From: an uncultured bacterium
GTDB taxonomy: Bacteria > Babelota > Babeliae > Babelales > Vermiphilaceae
Direction of reading: 5' to 3'
Assembly: GCA_963707655.1 (NCBI GenBank)
Contig: OY970172.1
Span: forward strand, 896,001-960,000
DNA length: 64,000 bases
The notes beneath the pieces are model-generated. The model ran no database searches. It saw only the letters and a list, made by a program, of their open reading frames with translations, and was not told the origin of the DNA. Shown here in pieces: positions 28,977 through 40,054 of this stretch (position 1 is its first letter; each line of letters begins with the position of its first letter). A program made the translations under genes and the position numbers.

Positions 28977-31733
28977 CTATTGGGATCTTCCGACTTTTAA
29001 TGTTAATAATTCATCGCTGATCAAAATTTTCTTTGCCGCTTCTTTTACCTGAGCAAGAGTTATTTTATTGAGGGTTGCTGCTCGTGTATCAAAATAGTTT
29101 GCAGGAAATTTATAACGATTCAAAAAGAGAAAAGCTTGTGCGGCATTTTGTCCCGATTCAAAATTGTTTACCATGCTGTTGATAAGCGCTGATTTTGCAT
29201 CTTCGAGTTCCTCTTCTGTTATTGAGTCGATTACCTGATTGAGCGTTGTCAGAATCGCCTTTTCTGCTTCTGCCAATCTATCAAGTGAAACTATTGTTTT
29301 AATAAGCACCATGCCCGGCTGCTCTCCTGCTTGAGCAATCAGTGATCCTTTGATGGTATAAAATAAGCCTGTTGCCTCGCGCAACTGAAACAAGCGTGAA
29401 GCCATTGATCCCAACACGCCACCACCAAAAATCTGATCAAAGAGTAACAACTTGTCGTAATCAGCATTCTTGCGGTCGATTGAAAGAGCCGCCATGCAGA
29501 GAACTACTTGATCGCGGTTTATGGGATAGTGAATCTCAGCTTTTTTTGTTCTCTCCAGGGAAGGGAACTTGATGTCTTCGATTTCACTTTGTTTCCAGTC
29601 AAGCAATGCATTTTCTAAGGACGTCTGCAAGCTTTGCTCATCAAAATCACCGGTTACCGCCAACGTTGCGCCATACGGGTTTACATATTTTTTGTAAAAA
29701 GCAACAATGTCATCCCGTGTTATGGCTGCAATCGATTCTAGCGAACCAAGGCTATTTTTGCTGTATGGGTGACCCGCGTATATTTTTTCTCTGAGCAATT
29801 GACCAGAAAATTGACTGGGCTCATCCCAAAAATTCTTAATTTCTGCGATCATCTGTGTTCGTATTTTTTCAATTTCTTTTTTTTCAAAAGTGGCATTCAT
29901 TAAAACTTCATGCATTATTTCCAAGCCGGTTTTAAGATGCTCTTTGAGAAAGCTCATTGAAAGCCCCCCCGCATATGCCTGGAATGAGATCCCCTTTGAT
30001 TCAAGTTCGCTGGCGAATTGTGCGGCGCTGTATTTTTTGGTTCCTTCAGTCAAAAGCGCCATGGTAAAGGTACACAAGCCTTGTTTATCAAGCGGATCAT
30101 TGAATGATTTTCCTTTAAAACTCAACACAAGATTTATTATGGGTGTTGTATTGTCTTGATGAGACAACACAGTGAGCCCATTGGAAAGTTCGCTCACCTT
30201 TGCTTTTGGATAAGAGAAATTGAGTGGTGCGTGTGGTTGAACTGTTTTGGCATATTTAGCCGGTTCAACGGGAGTTGTTCTTTCTCGTTTTGAAAGAATT
30301 TGTGTGTCCATCGCATCTGAGCGCTGCTGCAAGCGGTGCCATTCACCTTGTTCTGCCGCAGGCAAAGGCAACAAATAACCTTTGTTCAGCGTTGTTGGGC
30401 GCAGGTAAGCGGCGCAGATGGCTTGTACGCTTTTTTGGTAATATTCAATCGGTTGCTTGAAGAGGTTGAATATATAATTTTCTGAACCGGTTGCCAGGTA
30501 ACTCTCACCAATTTCATACGCCTGTTGCTGTGAATTTTCAAGCAATTGATAAAACTGCATTTGGGTAAGGTTGAGCGCACGCTGTACTTCTTGCGCGCTT
30601 ACGCCATTTTTTACTATGTTTTCTATTTCTTCATTTATAATTGCTGCGATCTGATCAATGCTTTCTAGTGTGTTTGGTTCAAAATAAACAAAAAGAAGAC
30701 CATGATCAAACAAGTTCCAAGAAAATGTTTCAAGTGATGTTGCCAGCTGTTTTTCATCAACAATTTTGTTGTATAGTCGAGATGCTTTACCTGAACCCAG
30801 AATCAAATTAATAATTTGTAGCACATCCTCTTCTTGCGCTTTTGCACCGGGGATGGCCCAGGAGAAAAGGCAAGCCGGCTGGGCAATGTCACGATACAAA
30901 GTGACCGACTTTGCGGTAATATCATTGTTCCAATAAAACTGTTCTTTATGATAATTTTCATCCGGAGCAAGCATACCAAAATATTGTTCCGCGAATTTAA
31001 ACGTCTCTTCGGGTGTAACATCCCCAACGACAACTAACGTTGCGTTGTTTGGCACGTAATGTTTTTTGTAGAATTTGTGTAAGTCATCTGAATCAACATC
31101 CCACAGGTCTTGTTTATAGCCTATTACCGGATAATGGTATGGATGATCAGGAAAGATGGCGGCAAGCATGTCTTGCATAAGTGTGCGAATGTAGTTATCG
31201 CGTCCCATTTTTAATTCTTGAATGACCGCTTTCATTTCAGAATTGAGATGATCGTTTTTAAAAGAGCAGTTCACCATGCAATCCGCAATTACCGGCAACA
31301 TCTCTTGCCAGTTCTGTGTTGGCATATCAAAGCGATAACCGGTGTAATCGTAAGAAGTGAAAGCATTGCAAACACCCGATAACTTGTGGGTGAGATCGTT
31401 GATGTCTGATTCTGAAAGCTTTTCCGTTCCCTTAAAAATCATATGCTCAATAAGGTGGGCTATGCCTTTTTCTCCTGTTTTTTCATCTTTTGAACCAACA
31501 TTGTACCATATTTGTATGGATACTTTTGGAACGGCGTGCATAGGGCGCACCAGAACAGTCATCCCATTGCTGAGTGTTTTTTTAAAAACTGCCGGCTGAG
31601 CTGAATTGTTCGAATTTTTCATATAACTGATACCTTGCTCTGAAAAAAAATTTGTTGTTAGTGGATGACAAGTTTCAGCGCTCTGTAACGCGCCCATACT
31701 GAAAATTGCTGAAATTGCTTTTATCATTTTCAT
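28977..31733 (-). CDS. M16 family zinc peptidase (two fused halves)
   Basis: GIAHLIEHMIFKG (HxxEH), NAFTSYDYTGY. Confidence 0.93.
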   Translation of the reverse strand: MKMIKAISAIFSMGALQSAETCHPLTTNFFSEQGISYMKNSNNSAQPAVFKKTLSNGMTVLVRPMHAVPKVSIQIWYNVGSKDEKTGEKGIAHLIEHMIFKGTEKLSESDINDLTHKLSGVCNAFTSYDYTGYRFDMPTQNWQEMLPVIADCMVNCSFKNDHLNSEMKAVIQELKMGRDNYIRTLMQDMLAAIFPDHPYHYPVIGYKQDLWDVDSDDLHKFYKKHYVPNNATLVVVGDVTPEETFKFAEQYFGMLAPDENYHKEQFYWNNDITAKSVTLYRDIAQPACLFSWAIPGAKAQEEDVLQIINLILGSGKASRLYNKIVDEKQLATSLETFSWNLFDHGLLFVYFEPNTLESIDQIAAIINEEIENIVKNGVSAQEVQRALNLTQMQFYQLLENSQQQAYEIGESYLATGSENYIFNLFKQPIEYYQKSVQAICAAYLRPTTLNKGYLLPLPAAEQGEWHRLQQRSDAMDTQILSKRERTTPVEPAKYAKTVQPHAPLNFSYPKAKVSELSNGLTVLSHQDNTTPIINLVLSFKGKSFNDPLDKQGLCTFTMALLTEGTKKYSAAQFASELESKGISFQAYAGGLSMSFLKEHLKTGLEIMHEVLMNATFEKKEIEKIRTQMIAEIKNFWDEPSQFSGQLLREKIYAGHPYSKNSLGSLESIAAITRDDIVAFYKKYVNPYGATLAVTGDFDEQSLQTSLENALLDWKQSEIEDIKFPSLERTKKAEIHYPINRDQVVLCMAALSIDRKNADYDKLLLFDQIFGGGVLGSMASRLFQLREATGLFYTIKGSLIAQAGEQPGMVLIKTIVSLDRLAEAEKAILTTLNQVIDSITEEELEDAKSALINSMVNNFESGQNAAQAFLFLNRYKFPANYFDTRAATLNKITLAQVKEAAKKILISDELLTLKVGRSQ

Positions 31734-31761
31734 GTGTCATCCCTTTTTTATAATCAATCTT

Positions 31762-33036
31762 TTAAAAACTAACGCTTATATTGGCGCCGATTACGGGAAC
31801 AAGCGCAATGTTTTTTCCTTTAAATGGAATGCGCGCATATGCTGATACATACGGAATAGCATGGCTTTCTTTTGTGCAATGATCTGAAAAATCATAATCA
31901 GCAACAACGTATATATGGTGCATAACCCATTCTTGCAAGCTTGTTGCCGTGTTGGCAACATTTGTTGAGAAAGCGCATGTTGCAAATGAAAGGGTGTCGG
32001 CATCATGCTTAAAAAACTGATACCCAAGTTTGAGTGATGCGCCGCCAAGACAATTGTATATTTGAGCGTATAAATTGAATCGCTGGTAAAGCCCCCAGTC
32101 TCGATACGCATACACTTTTTGCAACAAAAGCAGCTCGGTTTGATTAGTAGCGGTCTTTATTCTGCGTTCCCGTGAGTTGCCAAAAAGGTGAAGCAATTCA
32201 ACATCCAGTCCAAGCTTCATGACATAAGAGAGCAATACATCAATGCCACCGCCACCAAAAACTCCATATGCGCCATCGTAGCCAAAAGGGACTGCCATGA
32301 CGAGGTTTTCATTTTGCTTTAAACCGGTTGGTATATTAAATCCAAAGCGGCCATTCAAACTCACTTCTTTGAGCATCGGGCGATTTTCATTTTGTGGAAA
32401 ATCTTTAAAAAATTCAACCCAAGTAACCAGATCGCCGGCTCCTTTTCTGTCCCAAGGACCGAGCCATAAACCGCCCAACTGCTCAGCATTTGCATAAATA
32501 TTATCGGTCAAAAGCTCTTTTACGGTAAGGTCTTGCGCAGTAAGGTCTTGTGTTTGGTCCACCCAGTCAACATTGGTAAGACTGAGTCCGTAAAAAGGAA
32601 GGTATGCAGATAAACAAAAATTTTCCCAAAAAAAGTAGCGGCCGGTAACGGCAAAAGTCCAGTTCATGTTAAGGTTACCCGTTGTGTCAAAATGGCCTCG
32701 TACGCCATTATCGGTCGCGTTTATTTCCGCGTTGAGAATACTTATAGGGCTATCGGCAGGAAAGCCATCGAGCATGGCAAGGGCATCTTGCGTTGGACTT
32801 AAAATCTGCAAAACGTTGCAGGCGGGGTTGCCTCCTAAATCATAACCGGTAGCTTTTTTAACGCCAAATTCCCCATAGAAGTTCAGCTGCATGCCTTTGC
32901 ATATTTTTTGATCCGGCCTTAAAAGCGTATCATAGGGGCGGAGCCAGTTAAATTGCCCCAAGGCGTTAAGCGTTGTTGTTTTTGTTAAAAGAAGAGTGAT
33001 AAGAAAAAAAGATAACTGTTTTTTATATCTGATCAT
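31762..33036 (-). CDS. Probable outer-membrane beta-barrel protein
   Basis: Signal peptide, amphipathic strands, terminal Phe (GANISVSF). Confidence 0.65.
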   Translation of the reverse strand: MIRYKKQLSFFLITLLLTKTTTLNALGQFNWLRPYDTLLRPDQKICKGMQLNFYGEFGVKKATGYDLGGNPACNVLQILSPTQDALAMLDGFPADSPISILNAEINATDNGVRGHFDTTGNLNMNWTFAVTGRYFFWENFCLSAYLPFYGLSLTNVDWVDQTQDLTAQDLTVKELLTDNIYANAEQLGGLWLGPWDRKGAGDLVTWVEFFKDFPQNENRPMLKEVSLNGRFGFNIPTGLKQNENLVMAVPFGYDGAYGVFGGGGIDVLLSYVMKLGLDVELLHLFGNSRERRIKTATNQTELLLLQKVYAYRDWGLYQRFNLYAQIYNCLGGASLKLGYQFFKHDADTLSFATCAFSTNVANTATSLQEWVMHHIYVVADYDFSDHCTKESHAIPYVSAYARIPFKGKNIALVPVIGANISVSF

Positions 33037-33055
33037 CGGTGAAATATCCTGTTAA

Positions 33056-35890
33056 TTATTCATGGATCAATAAACCAAAGCTGCCGCCAACAAACCATCT
33101 TCCAGTCGCACTTTCACGCACCAGGGCTTCAATCTCTCCTGTAGCAGTTGGCAAGGCAATAACATCATTAACGTGTCCGCGAAGTTTGCCGCCGGATATT
33201 ATGCCGGGCTTTTTTTTGTCATTCGTGGGAAAACTCAAGAGTAATGCGCCGTCGGTAACTATTTTTTTCCTGCATGTGCTTAATGTAGCATGCGCCATAT
33301 TATCTTTTCCGGTAAAAATATCGGTGGCAGATGTCACTGTTCTATCATCTACTTGTGCGTCACCCTGGGTGTTTTTTATCGCAAGACGATGAATGCGGGA
33401 TTTGTTTTTACCCGGACAAGAGTCAAGGATATAGAGCATGCCGCCTGTTGAGCGAGAGGCATCTTGTATTTTTCCGGTCGTCGAATGAACTTCCAGTTGG
33501 GTTATGGCCCCCATAGATTCTGGCAAGAAGATAGGTTGCCATTCAGCTTCATTCTCAGTTGCAATGGAAGCAACATCTTTATTGTTGCCTATTCTAAAGA
33601 GTCCGCCACTTGTTGCGAGTAGCGCTAATTTTTCAGAAACCAGCACATCAAAAAATGCACCGCGCTCAAGAAGGCCACTTGTTGAGGCCAGGATAGCACC
33701 GTTTATTTTTTGTGACGCAAAGTCTTGGGTATTCAGTTCACAGCGTTCCAAAGTTTTGTCGGTAAGCAGGTAAATGGAGTTGCGATCGTTTATAATTTTG
33801 CGTACGAATCGGTGAGAAGATATTTTTTTAAAACTCATGTTTGCTCTGAATGACGAAAACAGGCAAGAATTTTTTTCTTTTTCAGAAAAACCATTGCCAT
33901 TTTCATCGCAGAGCAGCGCGAGTCCTTTTACTCCTCCTACCAGTAGCCAAGCTTGGGTCTCAGTTTTAACAAGCTCAATGCTGGTGAGTGGAGCAATTTC
34001 TTGTAGCGCACCACCGGTAAAAATTACGACAGTTGCCTCAGGATCTGTCGGCATGTCAATAGAACTGTTCATATAGTGTGTTGCCGTTTTTTCAAGGCTT
34101 TGATCTGATGTGGGAACAACTGTTCCCTTGTTAATTAAACCTGTTTTTATAAGGGCCATGGTATTGTTGCCAAGAATAGCGAAAAACGGATCACGATTTT
34201 CATTAAAATCGGCAGGAAAATCGACCATGTTTGTTATTCCCTGCGGAAAATATTGGTTTATAGTGCTTTCTAAAGATGAGACATGTTCATTCTCTTTTTC
34301 CCAAGAAGTCTGTTTGATGTGCAACTTCTGATCTGTCGTATTGGCGGGGAAAAACATAAAGCTATTGTCTACTTCATTAAGTACCGCACCAAACACCGGG
34401 TCAGTTATGCCGCTCATTCTTTGCCAGCGGGTCCAGCCGGTAATTGCGCCAAACTCATCAAGAAGCGCTCGTGAGTAAAATATGCCGGGTAGACACCCTT
34501 CATCTGCAGATGAAACAGTAGCGCACACCAGGTCGCGGTGAATAATTATGTTATCTATGTCCCCTTCGCGCAGTTGGCCGCCGCCTACGCAAGCTGCTTG
34601 ATCATCGCAAGTGAAAACATCCTCTGCGGTTGTTGCCGGGGCATCAAAGTAGCGGTAATAGAATGAAGGATTTTTTCGCATATTTGGATAAAGCGTTACA
34701 ACGCGGCTATCTTTTTTTGCTAATTGCCCAAAAGTGCTATTTACTTTTTCAGCAGGATTGGTGTACAGCGGAAGAGCGTGTACCGATCTCTTGGTTGTTT
34801 CAGGCTTCCCGTTGCCACCCAATATGACTAGGTAGGGCAATTCTGCCGAGTTGTGCATGGTGCGTATCTTGTGTATTGATGAACGTGCGCCTGAGCAGAT
34901 CGAGCCAATAATTTCATTTTGTTGTGCCGGGGTCAAGACGGTGTGAGGTGCAGCCGGTTCGGCGATGTGCTTTTCAGAGCCGATTCTTCTGATCACTCCA
35001 ATTGCGCAGGCTCCTGCATTGGCATTGTTGCCATTTTGTACTTGCAGGCCGACATACAGTCTATCCAGTTTGCTGTCCCAAAACATATCAATAGCATTTT
35101 CTATATGTTTCAAGTCATGATTAATTTTTAAGGCTGATGATGAACGGTCAAGCGATACGGCGCGTGGTGTCTTGATTTGCTCTGTTTGCGTAGCAGGTTC
35201 ACTCGTTTCTTTTTCTTCTTTTGTTTCGGCTTTCACATCTTCTTTAAGAACGTCCAACTGTACGAGTTCGGTGGCGCGTGATTTGTTCTCTCTCTCAAAT
35301 TCTCTGATCCAAATAGCGGCGATTCCGCTCCCTTCATCACCAAATTGAGTTGACTCGTTCCCTAATACAGCGGCAAAAGCAAAAATCGATGGCGCTGCCG
35401 TTATGGCAACAATGCCATTGCTCTCTTTGTTCGCTGAATCTTTTATATTTTGTAGCGATAAAACGTTGTGATTTTGTGCACTTGCATAGTGCTGCACAAG
35501 ATATAAATTTTTTGGTTCTGTTGCTGTTACTACTATCGGGTGCGAGCCGAGCGGTTGCGCAGCTAAAAGAGTAATTTGTTTATCATACAATGGATTGTCG
35601 GAATTTTCCTTGTAATTCACCATCACCTTGTCAGCAACAATACCGTGATAGCTTTTTGTGGCGCCATCTACTACTATGAGCGAATTTTCTTTCATGCCCG
35701 CAACAGTGGCGCCAATAATCATCTCTTTGCCAGAGAGTAAGGGAGCAAACAAATTCAAAGGTGATGTGATAGCTGTTTCGTTTATTTTTTGTGAAATGTC
35801 ATTGAGGGCAATGGTACCGTGAATAGAATGGTAGCTGCTCATAATGATAAGAAGAGCTGTTACAAAAAACTTGGTGCCGGTTTTTTTCAT
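33056..35890 (-). CDS. Large exported hypothetical protein, beta-rich
   Basis: 944-aa ORF with a signal peptide and SD AAGGA. No family recognised. Confidence 0.75.
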   Translation of the reverse strand: MKKTGTKFFVTALLIIMSSYHSIHGTIALNDISQKINETAITSPLNLFAPLLSGKEMIIGATVAGMKENSLIVVDGATKSYHGIVADKVMVNYKENSDNPLYDKQITLLAAQPLGSHPIVVTATEPKNLYLVQHYASAQNHNVLSLQNIKDSANKESNGIVAITAAPSIFAFAAVLGNESTQFGDEGSGIAAIWIREFERENKSRATELVQLDVLKEDVKAETKEEKETSEPATQTEQIKTPRAVSLDRSSSALKINHDLKHIENAIDMFWDSKLDRLYVGLQVQNGNNANAGACAIGVIRRIGSEKHIAEPAAPHTVLTPAQQNEIIGSICSGARSSIHKIRTMHNSAELPYLVILGGNGKPETTKRSVHALPLYTNPAEKVNSTFGQLAKKDSRVVTLYPNMRKNPSFYYRYFDAPATTAEDVFTCDDQAACVGGGQLREGDIDNIIIHRDLVCATVSSADEGCLPGIFYSRALLDEFGAITGWTRWQRMSGITDPVFGAVLNEVDNSFMFFPANTTDQKLHIKQTSWEKENEHVSSLESTINQYFPQGITNMVDFPADFNENRDPFFAILGNNTMALIKTGLINKGTVVPTSDQSLEKTATHYMNSSIDMPTDPEATVVIFTGGALQEIAPLTSIELVKTETQAWLLVGGVKGLALLCDENGNGFSEKEKNSCLFSSFRANMSFKKISSHRFVRKIINDRNSIYLLTDKTLERCELNTQDFASQKINGAILASTSGLLERGAFFDVLVSEKLALLATSGGLFRIGNNKDVASIATENEAEWQPIFLPESMGAITQLEVHSTTGKIQDASRSTGGMLYILDSCPGKNKSRIHRLAIKNTQGDAQVDDRTVTSATDIFTGKDNMAHATLSTCRKKIVTDGALLLSFPTNDKKKPGIISGGKLRGHVNDVIALPTATGEIEALVRESATGRWFVGGSFGLLIHE

Positions 35891-36079
35891 AAAACATTGT
35901 CCTTTTGATAGTCAAGAGTAATTTCAGTTGCTTCAGCTTTGAGTGTAAGTGATTTTAGCAAAACTGTCACTCGCGTTCTGTTTTTGCTGTCTCCGGTGTT
36001 AAAAGTTTTTATAATATTTTAAATTGTAAAAAAATATGATATAAATTTTATAAATAGGTTATTTTTTATTTCAAAAATA

Positions 36080-37633
36080 GTGAAAAACATGCACGCAAAA
36101 ATTTTCTCTGCAACAACAATAGGGGTAGAAGCGCATCTGGTAGAGGTAGAAGTAGATATTTCTTTTGGCATGGTCAATTTTTATATTGTTGGTCTTCCCG
36201 ATACGGCAATAAAGGAAAGCAGCAAGCGTATTCAGACCGCTTTAAAAAATAGCGGGATACGTTTGCCCGCAAAAAAAATCACGGTAAATCTGGCTCCCGC
36301 AGATTTAAAAAAAGTGGGAACTCTTTTTGATCTGCCGATTGCTATAGGAATTCTTGCTGCAGCAGAATGGATTGAACTTGATCCTGAATTCATTAAAGAA
36401 ACGATTTTTTTGGGAGAGCTTTCGCTTGATGGTTCTATTCGTGCGATAAAAGGAGCCTTGGCTATTGCATATGATGCCAAGCGCTTGAACAAGAAACGAA
36501 TCGTTTTGCCTGAGGGCAATGCGTATGAAGCATCGTTAATTAAAGATCTTGAAATCATTGGGGTTTCTCACATCACTCAACTTATCTCTTGGTTGCGCAA
36601 AGAGTCTGTTATTGCTCCCCAGCAAAATAACTTTGATCTTTTAATGGCAGAAGAAGATGCCGAATCTCTTGATTTTGCCCAAGTTAAGGGACAATATCAA
36701 GCAAAGCGAGCCTTGCAAATTGCTGCCGCAGGCCGGCACAATATCTTGTTTATCGGTTCACCCGGCGCAGGAAAAACCATGTTGGCAAAGCGATTGCCAA
36801 CTATTATGCCTGCAATGGAATTTGATGAAGTGCTTGAAACAAGCAAAGTTTATTCAATCACCGGAAAATTGCATAAAAAATCATTGGTAACCAAGCGGCC
36901 GTTTCGCAATCCACATCATACAATCTCTCAAGCAGGATTGGTTGGGGGAGGCTCATATCCGCAGCCGGGCGAGATCAGCTTGGCTCATAACGGCATTTTA
37001 TTTTTGGATGAGTTGACAGAGTTTAAACGCGACACGTTGGAAGTCTTGCGTCAGCCACTTGAGGGTAAAACAGTGTGCATTGCACGCGCCAATCAATCAG
37101 TTAATTTTCCGGCGAGCTTTCTGCTTGTTGCGGCCCTCAACCCATGCCCATGTGGTTTTTTTGGTGATAAGAAACGCGCCTGCCAGTGTTCGCGCCAGCA
37201 AATAAGCCGCTATCTAGATAAGTTATCAGGCCCTCTGCTTGACCGTATTGATCTTCAGATTAATGTGCAGTCAATAGAATATGATGCAATCAAGATGCCT
37301 GAATTAAAAACAGAGAGCTCACGCGATCTTTTTGTAAAAGTGAGCAAAGCGCTTTGTGTACAAAGAAATCGTTTTACCGGCTCTCCAATTTGGAATGCCT
37401 ACTTGTCCCCTGATTTAGTTGAAAAATATTGCATTCTGACACCCGGGGCCGAAGAGATAACACGCAAAGCATTTAATGTACTTAATCTGAGCATGCGCGG
37501 TTACCACAAAATGCTCAAGGTTGCTCGTACCATTGCTGATTTGGAAGAATCAGTCATGATTGATGTTGCTCATGTTAAAGAAGCAATTATGTATCGTTCC
37601 CTTGATCAAACCTTGGATCTCAATAAATCATGA
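36080..37633 (+). CDS. comM: YifB/ComM Mg-chelatase-like AAA+ ATPase
   Basis: VGLPD, ITVNLAPADLKK, GSPGAGKTMLAKR, PGEISLAHNGILFLDE, NPCPCG. The start may be the ATG at 36089. Confidence 0.95.
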   Translation: MKNMHAKIFSATTIGVEAHLVEVEVDISFGMVNFYIVGLPDTAIKESSKRIQTALKNSGIRLPAKKITVNLAPADLKKVGTLFDLPIAIGILAAAEWIELDPEFIKETIFLGELSLDGSIRAIKGALAIAYDAKRLNKKRIVLPEGNAYEASLIKDLEIIGVSHITQLISWLRKESVIAPQQNNFDLLMAEEDAESLDFAQVKGQYQAKRALQIAAAGRHNILFIGSPGAGKTMLAKRLPTIMPAMEFDEVLETSKVYSITGKLHKKSLVTKRPFRNPHHTISQAGLVGGGSYPQPGEISLAHNGILFLDELTEFKRDTLEVLRQPLEGKTVCIARANQSVNFPASFLLVAALNPCPCGFFGDKKRACQCSRQQISRYLDKLSGPLLDRIDLQINVQSIEYDAIKMPELKTESSRDLFVKVSKALCVQRNRFTGSPIWNAYLSPDLVEKYCILTPGAEEITRKAFNVLNLSMRGYHKMLKVARTIADLEESVMIDVAHVKEAIMYRSLDQTLDLNKS

Positions 37634-38007
37634 TTATTGGTATAGGTATTGATGCGGTTGAGATAGCGCGTTTTGCTGCGTGGCAAGAGAAACCAGCGCA
37701 ACAATTGCGCAGAATTTTTTCTGAGCAAGAAATTGCGTATTGCCTTTCTGTTTCCCAAAAAAGCGCAGAGCGTTTTGCGGCTCGCTTTGCCGCGCGCGAG
37801 GCGCTGCTAAAAGCGTTGAGCTCGATTAATTCAGAGTTATCGTTACTTCAAATAAGCGGGGCGAGCAGTGTAATCGCCGGATGCCCACCAACTTTGCACG
37901 TTGATTGGCAAAGATTGCGCATAGATAAGACAAATCTAATGGCTCATGTATCTTTAAGTCATACCAAAACTGATGCATATGCAATTGTCGTAGTAGAACA
38001 GTCATAA
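37630..38007 (+). CDS. acpS: Holo-ACP synthase
   Basis: MIIGIGIDAVEIAR, AARFAAREA, VSLSH. Confidence 0.92.
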   Translation: MIIGIGIDAVEIARFAAWQEKPAQQLRRIFSEQEIAYCLSVSQKSAERFAARFAAREALLKALSSINSELSLLQISGASSVIAGCPPTLHVDWQRLRIDKTNLMAHVSLSHTKTDAYAIVVVEQS

Positions 38008-38075
38008 TACTTAAGATTGCTTCTGCGAGAGTCCTTTAATTAATAGCTTTACCACTCACAGCGATAGGGAAAGAG

Positions 38076-39182
38076 ATGTTTTTCAGAATTTTTTTATTGG
38101 CATTTTCAATCACTGGCATTGCAAGAGCTGCAGATGTAGTGCCGAGTAGTAGGCTTTTATTATCAATAGCTGCTAAAAAAACAGCTGTTCCTACAAAAGC
38201 ATATTTATCGCAGTGCGGATTGCGCAACATTGTGTCTAAAACATGGCGCGAGCAACTTAAAAGCCATCATGATATGATACATAACATAGTAGTAAAAGAA
38301 GAAAAATTCGCCGATACGCATCATGTTTTTTATCACGCGCAGTGTGCACAGTTGATGGGTTTTCAAGATCTTCTTAAAATCTCCCATGAGCGTGTACACA
38401 AGAGAAAAATAACTGATTTTATTTTTTTAAGAAGCCCACGCGCAGCCGCGCTCCAAAAAACGAGTGTAAGCTCTTTTTTGCAGCAAGAAGGTCGTTGGGC
38501 TTATGACATGAGTCCTCGTAATAGAAATAGATTGTTGAGTGTTAATTTATCCCTGTTTGGCAATGCAGGGAGTGTTCAAGACAAAGAATGTTCATTTGAT
38601 TATTTTCTTAACGATTTTAGTGTTGCGCCGCCTGAGGTTGGCTGTTTGCTCTTAGAAATTCAAAGCGCTTTTGGGTGTGATTATCCCAAAATGAGTTCTG
38701 TGTCTTCTTTTTTGGAACGAGATGGTGCGCCCAGCCTGCTTCAGATTTTTGTGCCCAAAGAAGAGGTTGATAGAGCAGTATATATTTCTGCTCCGCTGGG
38801 GTGTCCCATTCTCAGTGTAGAGCAAATGGAATCAGCTGCTGAATATATGACATCATCTATTCTAGATAGCTATTGTTGCATAGATCAAAACTCTGAGGGG
38901 TTGTCCCATTTATATAATTTTATATTGGCTAAGTATTATCTTTTGCTCTCAAGGACAGGGAAACCTTATCGTTTCCGTGCGAAGAGCCGGCCCGAATTGA
39001 ATGCAAATGAAAGTATCTATGACAGACTACAGGCGCGTATTCTGATAGGGAAAGATCTCATGCTCAATCCTGACAGCGGCATTAAGATATTCCGGCACAC
39101 GGCAATGACAAGCAAGGAAAAAAAAGCCTACAACAATAAGTTGCAAGAATTAGGCGCGCGTTGTTGTAATAATTCACTGTGA
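38076..39182 (+). CDS. Exported hypothetical protein
   Basis: 368-aa ORF with signal peptide IARA|AD. Confidence 0.75.
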   Translation: MFFRIFLLAFSITGIARAADVVPSSRLLLSIAAKKTAVPTKAYLSQCGLRNIVSKTWREQLKSHHDMIHNIVVKEEKFADTHHVFYHAQCAQLMGFQDLLKISHERVHKRKITDFIFLRSPRAAALQKTSVSSFLQQEGRWAYDMSPRNRNRLLSVNLSLFGNAGSVQDKECSFDYFLNDFSVAPPEVGCLLLEIQSAFGCDYPKMSSVSSFLERDGAPSLLQIFVPKEEVDRAVYISAPLGCPILSVEQMESAAEYMTSSILDSYCCIDQNSEGLSHLYNFILAKYYLLLSRTGKPYRFRAKSRPELNANESIYDRLQARILIGKDLMLNPDSGIKIFRHTAMTSKEKKAYNNKLQELGARCCNNSL

Positions 39183-39275
39183 CGCGGATGCCTGACCGTG
39201 CAAATGTTTTTCGTATCGGTTATACTAGCGTTTGCCAGTGGAAAATTTATTAGCGTTGTCATCAATAAGGATGCT

Positions 39276-39956
39276 ATGCAGTTTTACCGATACTTATTGT
39301 CTATGGTTCTCGTGTCAATCGCAGCGAATTTTGCTGCGGAAGAAGGTAACGTGTCTTGCTTCCTGTCGATCAGTCCCAATGGTAAAGGGCGCGGTATCGA
39401 GATTAAAGGCAAGTGGCTACGAATACTGGCAAAGAAAGAGAGCGGAAGTCAGCGTACCATAATTTTGAGAGACGATAACTATATCTTTGACACGTTGCGC
39501 TGGAGCGCCGATGGCCGCTACGCTACTACCCTGTGGGATGATGCTCGAGAGCCTACTGATATGATAAATCTCATGGTTGTTATTAACGTTCACACGACAG
39601 CGTTGAGGCACAGGTGGTACGATTTTGAGTGTCCTCGTCCTCCATTACGCAGGGTGCGAGACGCCGTGTGGATGCATTCCGCCAACAAATTGATTTGTGC
39701 AGAGCCCAACGAAGCAGAACAAACCGATGAGGTCGCGATTTTTAGCATCGCTGACGCTGTTTCCCCCTTGCGAACCGACATGCCTTACTGGTTGCTCGGG
39801 CAGGGAGCTATATGTGTTTATTTAATCCAGCCATCAATTGTTTTTACCTCAAAGGGCAGAATCAGCAATCTTGCGGTCAGCGCTGACGATAAGGCGGTTT
39901 TTTGTGATGTGACTGAAAATGGCTCGACAGAAACTATCAGTATAGAGCTTGATTGA
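39276..39956 (+). CDS. Exported hypothetical protein with propeller-like blades
   Basis: SD AAGGA plus ATG 39276, signal peptide, ISPNG / WSADG / VSADD turns. Confidence 0.65.
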   Translation: MQFYRYLLSMVLVSIAANFAAEEGNVSCFLSISPNGKGRGIEIKGKWLRILAKKESGSQRTIILRDDNYIFDTLRWSADGRYATTLWDDAREPTDMINLMVVINVHTTALRHRWYDFECPRPPLRRVRDAVWMHSANKLICAEPNEAEQTDEVAIFSIADAVSPLRTDMPYWLLGQGAICVYLIQPSIVFTSKGRISNLAVSADDKAVFCDVTENGSTETISIELD

Positions 39957-40054
39957 TGCTCGCTTGCTTGCTTGCCTGACGTCTGAAAAATAAGTATTCT
40001 AAACTATAGAAATTCTCTTATATATCGTTATTTTTCGAGGCATGAAAAATTACT

